Position numbers and translations under genes: made by a program. From contig CM059431.1 in the NCBI GenBank assembly GCA_030390025.1, forward strand, positions 117,120,001 through 117,184,000: 64,000 nucleotides of DNA, read 5' to 3'. The DNA comes from Squalus acanthias. Taxonomy: Eukaryota. The notes beneath the pieces are model-generated. The model saw nothing but the letters and a program-made list of their open reading frames with translations. It was not told the DNA's origin and did no database searches. Shown here one piece after another: positions 37,554 through 48,793 of this stretch (position 1 is its first letter; every line of letters starts with the position of its first letter).

Positions 37554-38274
37554 TTTCAAATAAAGCTGTTGGACTATAACCTGGTGTTGTGCGACTTTTC
37601 ACATTTGTCCACCCCAGTCCAACAGCGACATCTCCACATCATATCTATTTGATGATAGCCAGAGCTTTTCTACCAATGACTTCTTTACCCACCCCCACAC
37701 CATCATCTCAGGAGTCCCCCAAGAATCCATCCTTGCTAAATGCTGCTCCTTGGCAACATCATTGGTAGACATGAGGTCAGCTTTCACATGTATGATGTGA
37801 CCTCTTCACCACTTTTGATTTTTCTCCTCCCGCTTCGAACTGCCTATATGCCATTAGACTGCTTGTATGGTATCAAGTCTTGAATGAGCTGTAATTTCCT
37901 CCAGTTAAGCACTTAGATCACAGCCATCATCTTTGGACCTTGCCACAAATGTTGTGTGTGTCTGTGTCCTATCCTGCACCAAACCCTGCTCGTCCATTAC
38001 CATTGTCCTTGCAAACCTACATTGGCTCCTGTTACCCCATGCCTCAAATTGAAAATGTCCATCCTTGTGTTTAAATCCCTCCATGGCTTCATCCTCTCAT
38101 TATCTCTGTAAACTTCTCCTGTCCAATAACCCCTATCCCCTCCCACCCTCTCCCGAACTTTCCACTCTCTAAATATGGACTCTTGTGAATCCCCTCACCC
38201 TTCATTCCACATTTGGCAGCCATGCCTTCAGCTGCTTAGCCCCTGTACTTTGGAATTCCCTCCCTAAACCCATA

Positions 38275-39166
38275 GGGGGAGAAATTCAGTATTGCCCCAT
38301 TTGGGGCGCAATTATCGGCCGGGCGCAAAGATTAGCGCCTGGCGCTAATTATCGCCACCGACTGCAAACTTGACTTTTATCGCTCCTGGAGGTGATTGGA
38401 GCGCTAAATCAGGCACTTCACACCTGTCTTAAGGCGTAAAGGCCGAGGAGCAAGGCGCTACCTCAGAGCGCTGGCGAAGCTCATGTGATGTCAGTCAGCA
38501 ATGGAACACACACACAATGGCACCGGCCAGTTCTTAAAGGGGATGGTTGATCTTGCTTTCCATCCACATCCTGCTCATTGCAGCCTTGAATCTCTGCCTG
38601 GAGTGACCTGCACATCAAATCTGCTGCAAAGAACAATGGAGAGTACCAGGGAAAGAGCTTAGAGTGCAGCCCCCACAGTCTCTTCTAAATCGATACAAGG
38701 AAGGGCAAATCAAAATGAACCTGCAAAGTGCTGCTCAGTACCCAAAACTCCTTAACACAGCGTTGAATCTCTCCAGAAGTCTCTCTCTCTCTCTCTCAGA
38801 ATGCGTGGTTCAAAAATGGCACCAACGATAAAAGGCAGGAAGCGGTCGCCTTTAAATAGCGCTCCCCCAGTCCCTTCATGACTGCAATTCGCTCCCCTCA
38901 ACCTGTCGTTGCTAGCGTCAGGCAGTAAGGCAGGGGGCGCCACTCAATATCTGCTCCGGGGCGATACTGGGGCGTTGCGCACTCGACTGACGTCACGGTC
39001 TGCCGGCGCAGGAGATCGTGGTGGTAGTGTTTAGCGCCGCCGAAAAATGTCTAGTTAATTTTGCGAGCGGTGCAAACATCGCCGCGCCTGGGCGCTAGAA
39101 GCTTTGCGCCCCATTAGCGCCCTCTTAAGGTGCTAACGGGAGGCGCAACCAACTGAATTTACCCCC
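38275..39166. mobile_element. Harbinger-type MITE (GGGGGAGAAATTCA family)
   Basis: TIRs GGGGGAGAAATTCAG / CTGAATTTACCCCC. It interrupts the L2 tail. Confidence 0.8.
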
Positions 39167-39497
39167 TTCCACTTTTCCACCTCCCTTTCCTCCTTTATTA
39201 TCCTTCTTAAAGCCTACCTCTTTGGACCAAGCTTTGGTCACACATCCTAATCTTTCTTTCTTTGGCTTGGTGTCAGTTTTTCTTTATGTCTCTGAGGTGT
39301 CTTGGATGTTTTTCAAGAGTAAGGGAGTAGGCGTAGGAGTAGGAGTAGTATCATACCAATGACACCTGGTGAGTATTTCTCTTTTTTTTGATACAAAACT
39401 TCAATTTTATTGTTTCTCGGGTATCTGTGGTGTAGCAGAGACTGCTGGCATAAATTAACTGAAGGGTAAATAATACATTTTTAATTAATTACATAGA

Positions 39498-40454
39498 ATG
39501 GGAGAGCAGGTGATGTGTTACTGCTGCAATATGTGGGAGCTGGTGGACACCATTGATGTTCACGGTGAACACATTTGCAGTAAGTGTTGGCTGCTCGAGG
39601 AACTCCGGCTCCGTGTTGATGAGCTGGAGTCCGAGCTTCAAACACTGCGACACATCAGGGAGGGGGAGAGTTACCTGGACTCCGTGTTTCAGGAGGTAGT
39701 CACACCAATTAGAGTAACTAATTCAGAAGTAGCCCGTGGTCAGGGACAGGAAGGTGTGACTACGAGTGAGGCAGGTACAGGGATCCAGGAGGTAGTGTTG
39801 GAGGAGCCGCAGCCCTTGCTCTTGTCCAACAGGTTCGAGGCTCTTACTCCCTGTGTGGATAGGAGCGGGGACTGCAGGGAGGATGAGCAACCTGGCCACA
39901 GCACCGTGGTAAGGGGGGCCATTCAAGTGGGGGGAGTAAAAAGAAATGTTGTAGTGGTAGGGGATAGTATCATTAGGGGGATAGATAGGGTTCTTTGCAG
40001 CCAAGAGCGAGAGTCCCGAAGGCTGTGTTGCCTGCCCGGTGCCAGGGTTAAGGACATCTCCTCTGGGCTGGAGAGAAACTTGGAGTGGGAGGGGGAGGAT
40101 CCAGTTGTCGTGGTCCATGTTGGTACCAATGACATAGATAGGACAAGGAAAGAGGTTCTGCTGAGGGAGTTTGAGCAGCTAGGGGCCAAATTAAAAAGCA
40201 GAACCTCGAGGGTAATAATCTCTGGATTACTACCTGAGCCACGAGCAAATTTGGCTAGGGTAAATAAAATCAGGGAGTTGAATGCGTGGCTCAAAGACTG
40301 GTGTGGGAAAAATGGGTTTTGCTTCTTGGGACACTGGCACCAGTACTGGGGCAGGAGAGAGCTGTTCCGTTGGGACGGACTTCACTTGGCCAGTGCTGGG
40401 ACTAGTGTCCTGGCGAATCGAATAACTAGGGCTGTGGAGAGGGCTTTAAACTAA
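39498..40454 (+). CDS. CR1 ORF1p: zinc finger/leucine zipper plus SGNH esterase
   Basis: CxxC..CxxC, a heptad LEELRLRVDELESEL, and the motifs VVGDSII, HVGTND and DGLHL. Confidence 0.93.
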   Translation: MGEQVMCYCCNMWELVDTIDVHGEHICSKCWLLEELRLRVDELESELQTLRHIREGESYLDSVFQEVVTPIRVTNSEVARGQGQEGVTTSEAGTGIQEVVLEEPQPLLLSNRFEALTPCVDRSGDCREDEQPGHSTVVRGAIQVGGVKRNVVVVGDSIIRGIDRVLCSQERESRRLCCLPGARVKDISSGLERNLEWEGEDPVVVVHVGTNDIDRTRKEVLLREFEQLGAKLKSRTSRVIISGLLPEPRANLARVNKIRELNAWLKDWCGKNGFCFLGHWHQYWGRRELFRWDGLHLASAGTSVLANRITRAVERALN

Positions 40455-40492
40455 TTAGTGGGGGGGAGGTTTCAAGAGAGCAAAAAATAAAA

Positions 40493-43444
40493 ATGACAAC
40501 AGAGAGGGTCATAGACATAGGTAGCAGTAGGGGAATCACAAATCAGAGCGTGGCAGGAAGGGACAGAGTGTGTGGAGTAAAAGGTAAACTGGTAAAAAGT
40601 GAAAAAGCAGGAACTAAGTGCCACAAAGCATATTTGAAAGTTCTCTATCTGAATGCACGTAGCATTCGTAACAAAATAGACGAGTTAATGGCACAAATAA
40701 CTACATATGGTTATGATATTGTGGCCATTACAGAAACATGGCTGCAGGGTGACAATGCCTGGGAATTAAACATACCAGGTTATTTAACGATCAGGAAGGA
40801 CAGGCAGGAAGGAAGGGGAGGTGGGGTGGCTATGTTAATAAAGGAAGGAATCACTGTAATACAGAGTAATGATATTGGGTCAAAAAATCATGATAATGAA
40901 ACAGTTTGGGTGGAGATAAGGAATAATAAGGGGAAAAAAACATTAGTGGGCGTAGTCTATAGGCCTCCGAACAGTTGCAACTCTATTGGACGGAGTATCA
41001 ATCAGGAAATAGTTGAGGCATGTAATAAGGGAACATCTATAATTATGGGGGATTTTAACTATCATATTAATTGGACAAATCAAATGGGGCAGGGCTGCCT
41101 TGAGGATGAGTTCATTGAGTGTATTAGGGATGGGTTTCTTGAGCAGTATGTAACTGAACCGACCAGGGGGCAAGCAACCTTAGATCTGGTCCTGTGTAAC
41201 GAGACAGGATTAATTAAAAATGTCCTAGTAAAGGATCCCCTTGGAATGAGTGACCATAACATGGTTGAATTCCATATTCAATTAGAGGGTGAGAAGGTTG
41301 GATCTCAAACAAGCGTGCTAAGCTTGAATAAAGGAGACTATGAAGGTATGCGAGCGGAATTGAGTAGAGTGGATTGGGAAAATAGATTAAAGGGTAAGAC
41401 GACACATGATCAGTGGTGTACATTCAAGGAGTTATTTTACAACTTCCAAAAAATATATATTCCACTGAAAAGAAAAGGGTGTAAAAGAAAGGACAGTCAT
41501 CCGTGGCTAAGTAAAGAAATTAAGGATAGTATTCGACTAAAAACAAGGGCATATAAGGTAGCGAAATCTAGTGGGAGGACAGAGGATTGGGAAAACTTTA
41601 AAAGGCAGCAAAAAATAACAAAAAGATTGATTAAGAAAGGGAAGATAGATTATGAAAGTAAATTAGCAAAAAATATAAAAACAGATAGTAAGAGTTTTTA
41701 TAGTTATATAAAAAGAAAAAGGGTGGCTAAAGTAAATGTTGGTCCCTTAGAGGATGAGACCGGGAAATTAATGGTGGGAAATATGGAGATGGCAAAAACA
41801 CTGAATGAATATTTTGTATCAGTCTTTACAGTAGAGGACACTAAGAATATCCCAACACTGGACAAACAGGGGGCTATAGGGGGAGAGGAGCTAAACACGA
41901 TCAAAATCACTAAGGAAGTGGTACTCGGTAAAATAATGGGACTCAAGGCGGATAAATCACCTGGACCTGATGGCTTACATCCTAGAGTCTTGAAGGAAGT
42001 GGCGGTAGGGATTGTAGATGCATTGGTAATAATTTTTCAAAACTCCCTGGATTCCGCTAAGGTCCCGGCAGACTGGAAAACTGCTAATGTAACACCCTTA
42101 TTTAAAAAGGGCAGTAGACAGAAGGCTGGTAACTATAGACCGGTTAGCCTAACATCTGTGGTAGGTAAAATTTTGGAGTCCATTATTAAGGAAACAGTAA
42201 CAGGACATTTGGATAATCATAATTTAATAGGACAAAGTCAGCATGGTTTTACGAAGGGGAAGTCATGTTTGACAAATTTGCTGGAGTTCTTTGAGGAAGT
42301 AACATATAGAGTGGATAAAGGGGAACCAGTGGACGTAGTGTATTTAGACTTCCAAAAGGCATTTGACAAGGTGCCACACAAAAGATTATTGCTTAAGGTA
42401 AAAAATCACGGGATTGGGGGTAATATTCTGGCATGGATAGAGGATTGGCTATCTAACAGAAAGCAAAGAGTTGGGATAAATGGTTCATTCTCAGACTGGC
42501 AATCAGTAACTAGTGGTGTTCCACAGGGGTCAGTGCTGGGTCCCCAACTCTTCACAATCTATATTAACGATTTGGAGGAAGGGACCAAGTGTAACATATC
42601 AAAATTTGCAGATGATACAAAGATGGGAGGGAAAGTAGTGAGTGAGGAGGACATAAAAAACCTGCAAGGGGACATAGACAGGCTAAGTAAGTGGGCAGAG
42701 ATTTGGCAGATGGAATACAACACTGGAAAGTGTGAGGTGATGCACTTTGGCAGGAAAAATCCTAGAGCAATTTATTATCTTAATGGCAAGAAACTGGAGA
42801 GTACTGAAGTGCAAAGGGATCTGGGGGTCCTGGTGCACGAAACTCAAAAGGTTAGTATGCAGGTGCAGCAAGTGATTAAGAAGGCAAATGGAATGTTGGC
42901 TTTCATTGCTAGGGGGATAGAATATAAAAATAGGGAGGTATTGCTTCAGTTGTACAAGGTATTGGTGAGACCGCACCTGGAATACTGCATACAGTTTTGG
43001 TGTCCTTACTTAAGGAAAGACATCCTTGCTCTCGAGGCAGTGCAAAAAAGGTTCACTCGGTTAATCCCGGGGATGAGGGGGTGGTCATATGAGGAGAGGT
43101 TGGGTAGATTGGGACTCTACTCATTGGAGTTCAGAAGAATGAGAGGCGATCTTATTGAAACATATAAGATTGTGAAGGGGTTGGATCGGGTGGATGCGGG
43201 GAGGATGTTCCCGATGACGGGTGAGACGAGAACTAGGGGACATAGTCTTAGAATAAGGGGCTGCTCTTTCAAAACTGAGATGAGGAGGAACTACTTCACT
43301 CAGAGGGTGGTAGGTCCATGGAATATGCTGCCACAAAAAGCTGTAGAAGCTACAACATTAATTAAATTTAAAACAGAAATAGACAGTTTCCTAGAAGTAA
43401 AGGGCATTAAGGGTTACGGGGAGCGGGCAGGAATTTGGACATGA
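40493..43444 (+). CDS. CR1 ORF2p: APE endonuclease plus reverse transcriptase (983 aa)
   Basis: LNARS, ITETW, YRPP, GDFN, SDH; then YRPVSL, LDFQKAFDKV, GVPQGSVLGP and FADD. Confidence 0.97.
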   Translation: MTTERVIDIGSSRGITNQSVAGRDRVCGVKGKLVKSEKAGTKCHKAYLKVLYLNARSIRNKIDELMAQITTYGYDIVAITETWLQGDNAWELNIPGYLTIRKDRQEGRGGGVAMLIKEGITVIQSNDIGSKNHDNETVWVEIRNNKGKKTLVGVVYRPPNSCNSIGRSINQEIVEACNKGTSIIMGDFNYHINWTNQMGQGCLEDEFIECIRDGFLEQYVTEPTRGQATLDLVLCNETGLIKNVLVKDPLGMSDHNMVEFHIQLEGEKVGSQTSVLSLNKGDYEGMRAELSRVDWENRLKGKTTHDQWCTFKELFYNFQKIYIPLKRKGCKRKDSHPWLSKEIKDSIRLKTRAYKVAKSSGRTEDWENFKRQQKITKRLIKKGKIDYESKLAKNIKTDSKSFYSYIKRKRVAKVNVGPLEDETGKLMVGNMEMAKTLNEYFVSVFTVEDTKNIPTLDKQGAIGGEELNTIKITKEVVLGKIMGLKADKSPGPDGLHPRVLKEVAVGIVDALVIIFQNSLDSAKVPADWKTANVTPLFKKGSRQKAGNYRPVSLTSVVGKILESIIKETVTGHLDNHNLIGQSQHGFTKGKSCLTNLLEFFEEVTYRVDKGEPVDVVYLDFQKAFDKVPHKRLLLKVKNHGIGGNILAWIEDWLSNRKQRVGINGSFSDWQSVTSGVPQGSVLGPQLFTIYINDLEEGTKCNISKFADDTKMGGKVVSEEDIKNLQGDIDRLSKWAEIWQMEYNTGKCEVMHFGRKNPRAIYYLNGKKLESTEVQRDLGVLVHETQKVSMQVQQVIKKANGMLAFIARGIEYKNREVLLQLYKVLVRPHLEYCIQFWCPYLRKDILALEAVQKRFTRLIPGMRGWSYEERLGRLGLYSLEFRRMRGDLIETYKIVKGLDRVDAGRMFPMTGETRTRGHSLRIRGCSFKTEMRRNYFTQRVVGPWNMLPQKAVEATTLIKFKTEIDSFLEVKGIKGYGERAGIWT

Positions 43445-44041
43445 GTCTAGGTTCGGATCGGTCATGGCCCTGTGGGTAGTGGAGCGGGCCCAGGGACTGT
43501 GTAGCCTGATTCTGCTCCTATTTCGTGTGTGCAATTCTGTTAGATGCAGGAGATGGTTCTGTGATAGATAGTAGATTGGCGATTAGGATCAGATCAGCCA
43601 TGATCTTATTGAATGGCGGAGCAGGCTCGAGGGGCCGATTGGCCTACTCCTGCTCCTATTTCTTATGTTCTTATGTTCTTATGACACCGTATCTTCATCA
43701 GTTTTGTTGTCTATTCTCAGCCTCATCCCCAATCCACACTAAGTTCTCTTTGCCAGTACCTGTCACTACAGTGGGAACAAGTAAATTATTACATCATGCT
43801 ACCTCCACTCTCTCCCACCTCAAATGAAAGAAGAAAACAAATCAAAAACCGGACAAGCAGAAGAGAACGAAAACAAAGTGGTAGAGAGGGGGAGACCAAC
43901 TTAAAGAGAGAGGAAAAAAACAGAAGACAGCAGAGATAAAGTTGCAACCAAAACAACTAGACTAAGGCAACAAATGTAGGTCATGTAGACTTTCCAGGAG
44001 TAATACTATAGGAGGCCCACTAATAATATATTAAAATCATT

Positions 44042-44191
44042 GGGGTAGATTTGTGCAATAGTGTAAAGTGGGTGCTAACGAATCGGCAGCCCGTTTTACA
44101 TCTCTCCTGATTGTAGTCAATGGAAAATCGTGAGAGATTTATAATGGGCGGCTGATCCGATATCACTTGTTTTGCACTAACGTTCGACCCC
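44042..44191. mobile_element. Short palindromic MITE
   Basis: GGGGT...ACCCC ends, TSD ATT and an imperfect internal palindrome. A partial relative lies near 32117-32205. Confidence 0.6.
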
Positions 44192-44749
44192 ATTGAGTTG
44201 GTAATGTTTTAATGCCTTTGTTATTTATTGAAATAATGGGTAATGCTGTAATGGTAACTGCCTGTTACCTTTTTCTTGCACTGTAACCTGTTTCCTCCAA
44301 CTAACTGTAAACAATTGAACAGGGAATTTACCTGTACCAATAGTAATACGATAGTGAGGAAAATAAACCTTCCCTGTTGACTTCTGTGATTTAGAGGCTG
44401 AAAATCTGCCATTCTGCTCTGCACCATAACAGTGGTGGAGCAGGAAGCCCTTGACCTCTGACATTTATGCTCCTGGCACCATTGGAATTCCCGGTATCAG
44501 GCTCTTTAAATAAAGCAAGACGGATAACCTCACCAGTCTGGACACAGCTGGGGGTACCTGCCGGGTGAGGAGGGGTGGAAACTGTGGCATTGCCCAGCCA
44601 CTGGAAAGTGCCAGCAGTCCAAGCCTATGACTTATAACGGGTAATTTTGTACGGTGAGGCTCTTGCGATGGAGCCTCACTGAATGAGTGTGGTAGTCACA
44701 GAATCAACCCTACAGTAAGCTTGAGCTCATCTAAAACTCTGCTGTCCAC

Positions 44750-47692
44750 CGGAGAAGGCCCAGAACACAGCACGGACCTGAACGGGAGCGGCAGCAGCGG
44801 GAGCGGCGGCTTAAAGGGAGCACCGGAAAAGGGCCAGGACACAGCACTGATCCGAGCGGGAGCGGCGGCTTAAAAAAACAAGGAGTGACATCACAGGACA
44901 GCAGGAGGCGGGGTATAAATCTAGTGGGAGGCCCAGAGAGAGCGCAGACCGGAGCAGCGGTGGTAGCGAGGAGGCAGAGGACCACCAGCAAAAATATCAA
45001 CAACAAAAGCAACAATTGCAAAACAGCTAAAGTGACATCACAACCAGGGAACGAGCAGATTGGTGAGTAGCTGGTAAGTGCTTCTAGTTAATACTCTATT
45101 AAGTAAAGGCATGGCAGGGCAGCTCAGTCCCGTAGAATGCACATCCTGTGCCATGTGGGGATTCCAGGACGCTTCCCGTGTCATAGACAATCACATGTGC
45201 AGGAAGTGTCGTCAGCTGGAGGAGCTCGAGCTCCGGGTTTTGGAGCTTGAGCAGCAGCTGGCGTCACTGCGGTGCATCCGCGAGGCTGAGAGCTTCGTGG
45301 ATAGCACGTTTCAGGAGGTGGTCACCCCGCACATAAAAAGTGTGCAGGCAGAAAGGGAATGGGTGACCACCAGACAGAAGAGGAGGACCAGGCAGGTAGT
45401 GCAGGAGTCCCCTGAGTGCATCTCGCTCTCCAACCAGTATTCGGTTCTGAGTACTGGTGAGGGCGATGGTTCCTCTGGGGAGTATAGACAGAGCTAAGTC
45501 TGTGGCACCACGGGTGGCTCAGCTGTACAGGGGGAGAGGAAGAAGAGTGGGAAAACAATAGTGGTTGGGAATTTGATAGTTAGGGGAGCAGACAGGCATT
45601 TCTGCAGCCGCAGACGTGACTCCAGGATGGTATGTTGCCTCCTTGGTGCCAGGGTCAAGGATGTCACCAAGCGGCTGCAGAACATTCTGAGGCGGGAGGG
45701 GGAGCAGCCAGAAGTCGTGGTCCATATCGGTACCAATGACATAGGTAGAAAGAGGGATGAGGTCCTGCAGGCAGATTTCAGGGAGCTGGGAAAGAGATTA
45801 AAAAGCAGGACCTCAAAAGGTAGTAATCTCCGGATTACTCCTGGTGCCACGAGCTAGTGAGTATAGAAATAGGAGGATAGAGCAGATGAATGCGTGGCTG
45901 GAGTGATGATGCAGGAGGGAAGGCTTTAGATTCCTGGGGCATTGGGACCTGGTTCTGGGGGTGGTGGGACCTGTACAGGCCGGACAGGTTGCACCTCAAC
46001 AGGGTCAGAATCAATATCTTCGCGGGGAGGTTTGCTAGTGCTGTTGGGGAGGGTTTAAACTAATTTGGCAGGGGGATGGGCACCAGGATGTAACATTAGA
46101 AAGGGGGAATAAAGTGCTGAAAGGATTGTGAGTGACAGAGAGCACTAAAGTAAGAAATAGTAAGGTATTATGTGGGGTCAAACTAAGACAGAATATAGGA
46201 TGGTCTAAGATGGGTTTACAGTGTATGTATGTGAACGCACAAAGCATAGTAAACAAGGTAAGTGAGCTACAGGCACAAATAGCCACATGGGAATATGATG
46301 TTTTGGCAATAACTGAGACCTGGTTCAAAAAAGGGCAGGATTGGGTTTTAAATATTCCTGGTTATAAAGTGTTCAGGAAAGATAGGGAAGGAAAGACAGG
46401 AGGTGGTGTGGCAGTATTGGTCAAAGAGAATGTTACAGTGCTGGAGAGGGAGGATGTCCTGGAGGGGTCAAGGACAGAATCTATATGGCTAGAGTTAAGA
46501 AATAATAGAGGTGCCATTACACTACTAGGTGTATTCTATAGATCACCAAATAGTGGGAAAGATATGGAGGAGCAAATTTGCAGAGAAATTACAGAGAGGT
46601 GCAAGAACTATAGATTAGTAATAATGGGGGACTTCAACTATCCTAATATAGACTGGGATTGTAATAGTGTTCGTAATATTGTTAAGGGCAGAGAAGGGGA
46701 AGAATTTCTGAAGTGTATTCAGGAGAACTTTATTGATCAGTATGTTTCCGGCCCGACGAGGGAGGAGGCATTGCTGGATCTGGTTCTGGGGAATGAGGTA
46801 GGTCAAGTGGAGCAAGTGTGAGTAGGTGAACATTTAGGGAACAGTGATCATAATATCATAAGGTTTAGATTAGCTATAGAAAAGGACAGGGAGCAATCTA
46901 GAGTAAAAATGTTTAACTGGGGGAAGGCCAATTTAAGAACATAAGAGCATAAGAAATAGGAGCAGGAGTAGGCCAATCGGCCCCTCGAGCCTGCTCCGCC
47001 ATTCAATAAGATCATGGCTGATCTGATCCTAACCTCAAATCTAAAGAACACAAGAAGTAGGAGCAGGACCCGGTCACTCAGCCCCTGGGCCCGCTCCGTC
47101 AGTTGGATGAGAACGGATCTGGCCTGGGTAAACTGGAATCAAAGATTGGCAGGCAAAACTGTAATGGAACAATGGGCTGCCTTTAAAGAGGAAATAGTTC
47201 AGGTGCAGTTGAGGTACATTCGCACTAGGGGGAAAGGCAGGGCAACTAAAGTCAGGGCTCCCTGGATGGCGAAAGAGATAGAGAATATGATGAAGCAGAA
47301 AAAGAGCACGTATGACAGATGTCAGGTTGGAAGTACATCTGAGAATCAAGCTAGATATAGAAAGGTCAGAGGAAAAGTGAAAAAGAAAATAAGAGGGGCA
47401 ATGAGAGGGTATGAGAATAGAATGGCAGCCAACATAAAGGGTAATCCAAATTTCTTCTATAGACGCAGCGAGTGGTTAAGTTCTGGAATGCACTGCCTGA
47501 ATGGGTGGTGGAGGCAGATTAAATTGCAGTTTTCAAAAGGGAGTTGGATAAGTAGCTGAAGGAAAGAAATTTGCAGGGCTACGGGGAAAGGGCGGGGGAG
47601 TGGGACTAGCTGAAGTGCTCTTGCAGAGAGCCAGCACGGGCTCGACGGGCCAAATGGCCTTTTTCCGTGCTGTAACCATTCTATGATTCTAT
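44750..47692 (+). mobile_element. Second CR1 family: 5'UTR, decayed ORF1, APE, internal deletion of RT, 3' tail
   Basis: ORF1 VECTSCAMW..HIGTND with stops and APE 46132..46821. The sequence jumps at about 47460 to the 3' end with an ATTCTATG tail. Confidence 0.85.
46934..47099 (-). mobile_element. Short CR1 3'-tail insertion (two tandem tail units)
   Basis: Reverse complement of the 43583-43683 tail, preceded by a second degenerate tail. Confidence 0.85.
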
Positions 47693-48168
47693 GCCCGTAT
47701 CCTAACTTGAACCAAGTCCCGTTCACCCATTATCTGTGCTCGCAGGCCTACATTGGGTCCCGTTCCAGCAACGCCTCAATTTTAAAATTCTCATCATTGT
47801 TTTCAAATCCCTCCATGAGCTCCTTCTTCCCTATTACTGTAACCTCCTCCAGTCCTACAACCCTCCAAGATTTCTGCATTCCTCCAATTCTGGCCTATTG
47901 AGCATCCCTAATTTTCATCACTCCACCATTGATGGCAGTGCCTTCAGCTGCCTAGGCCCATAGCTCTGGAACTACCTCCCTAAACCTCTCTGCCTCTCTA
48001 CCTCTCTCTGCTCCTTTAAGATGCTCCTTGAAAGCTATGTCTTTCACATGTCCTAACATCTCCTTATGTGGCTCGGTGTCAAACTTTGTTTTATAACACT
48101 CCTGTGAAGCGTCTTTGGACATCTTCCTGCTTTAAAGACGCTATATAAATGCAAGTTGTAGTTGTTGT
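47693..48168 (+). mobile_element. L2-clade LINE 3' fragment
   Basis: LAGLHWVPFQQRLNFKIL and the tail GCTATATAAATGCAAGTTG. Confidence 0.85.
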
Positions 48169-48276
48169 ACAGTATTGGCCCTATCAACAACCTGTGCTCC
48201 TGGTTAGTCAGGCACCATGTCTGAACATGAACCTAATAAAATTATCCTTATAGAGTGATTTGATATCTCATCTTAC

Positions 48277-48432
48277 CATATCTGCTGCTGTGCCATTAAT
48301 TTTTACAGAATTTGTTTTCCGTATGTGCCAATAATGATAAATGAATTGAATTACTAGAGTTGCAGTATCTAATTTGCTGACCTTTAATCCTCTTTGACTC
48401 CTCCACAAAGAAGAGTCATGATACCTTCTCAG
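48277..48432 (-). other. Candidate internal coding exon (156 nt, phase 0-0)
   Basis: TCTTTGACTACAG|LRRYHDSS...GTAADM|GTAAGA with an open frame. Confidence 0.35.
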
Positions 48433-48451
48433 CTGTAGTCAAAGATCTTTT

Positions 48452-48793
48452 TAAGAACATAACATAAGAACATAAGAATTAGGAGCATGTATAGGCCATA
48501 CGGCCCTTTGAGCTTGCTCTGTCATTCAAGAAGATCATGGCTGATTTTTGACCTCAACTCCACTTTCCCGCCCGATCCCCATATCCCTTGATTTCCCCTA
48601 GAGTCCAAAAATCTATCTATCTTAGGCTTAAATCTGCGCAACAAATCAGCATCCACAGTCATTGGGGTAGAGAATTTCAAAGATTCACAACCCTCTGAGT
48701 GAAGAAATTCCTCCTCCTCTCAGTCTCAGGATAAGGGGTTGACCATTTAAGACTATGACCCTAATTCTAGACCCTCCAGCCAGAAGAAACAAT
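48452..48793 (-). mobile_element. CR1 3' fragment
   Basis: Tail (AAGAACAT)n and FFTQRVV coding on the minus strand. Confidence 0.8.

Larger units (their letters stand above)
37427..37641. mobile_element. Penelope-like element remnant (inverted pLTR pair)
   Basis: Near-perfect arms of about 86 bp at 37424-37509 and 37519-37604. Flanking direct repeat TATCTATTTGATG. Confidence 0.85.
36150..39315 (+). mobile_element. Highly decayed L2-clade LINE hosting a Penelope palindrome and a MITE
   Basis: C-rich strand with SGVPQ-like coding near 37710 and LHWL near 38017. The tail TTTGGACCAAGCTTTGGTCAC resembles 29464-29600. Confidence 0.65.
39316..43683 (+). mobile_element. Full-length or near full-length CR1 LINE with intact ORF1 and ORF2
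   Basis: Two uninterrupted ORFs, a 3' stem-loop and an (TTCTTATG)3 tail. Confidence 0.97.

Noticed and set aside
39316..39497. HDV-like ribozyme at the CR1 5' end
   Set aside because: I could not build the nested double pseudoknot by eye.
44269..44304. 36-nt possible minus-strand exon (LVGGNRLQCKKK)
   Set aside because: The splice sites look good, but it is too short to distinguish from chance, so it is not in the model.
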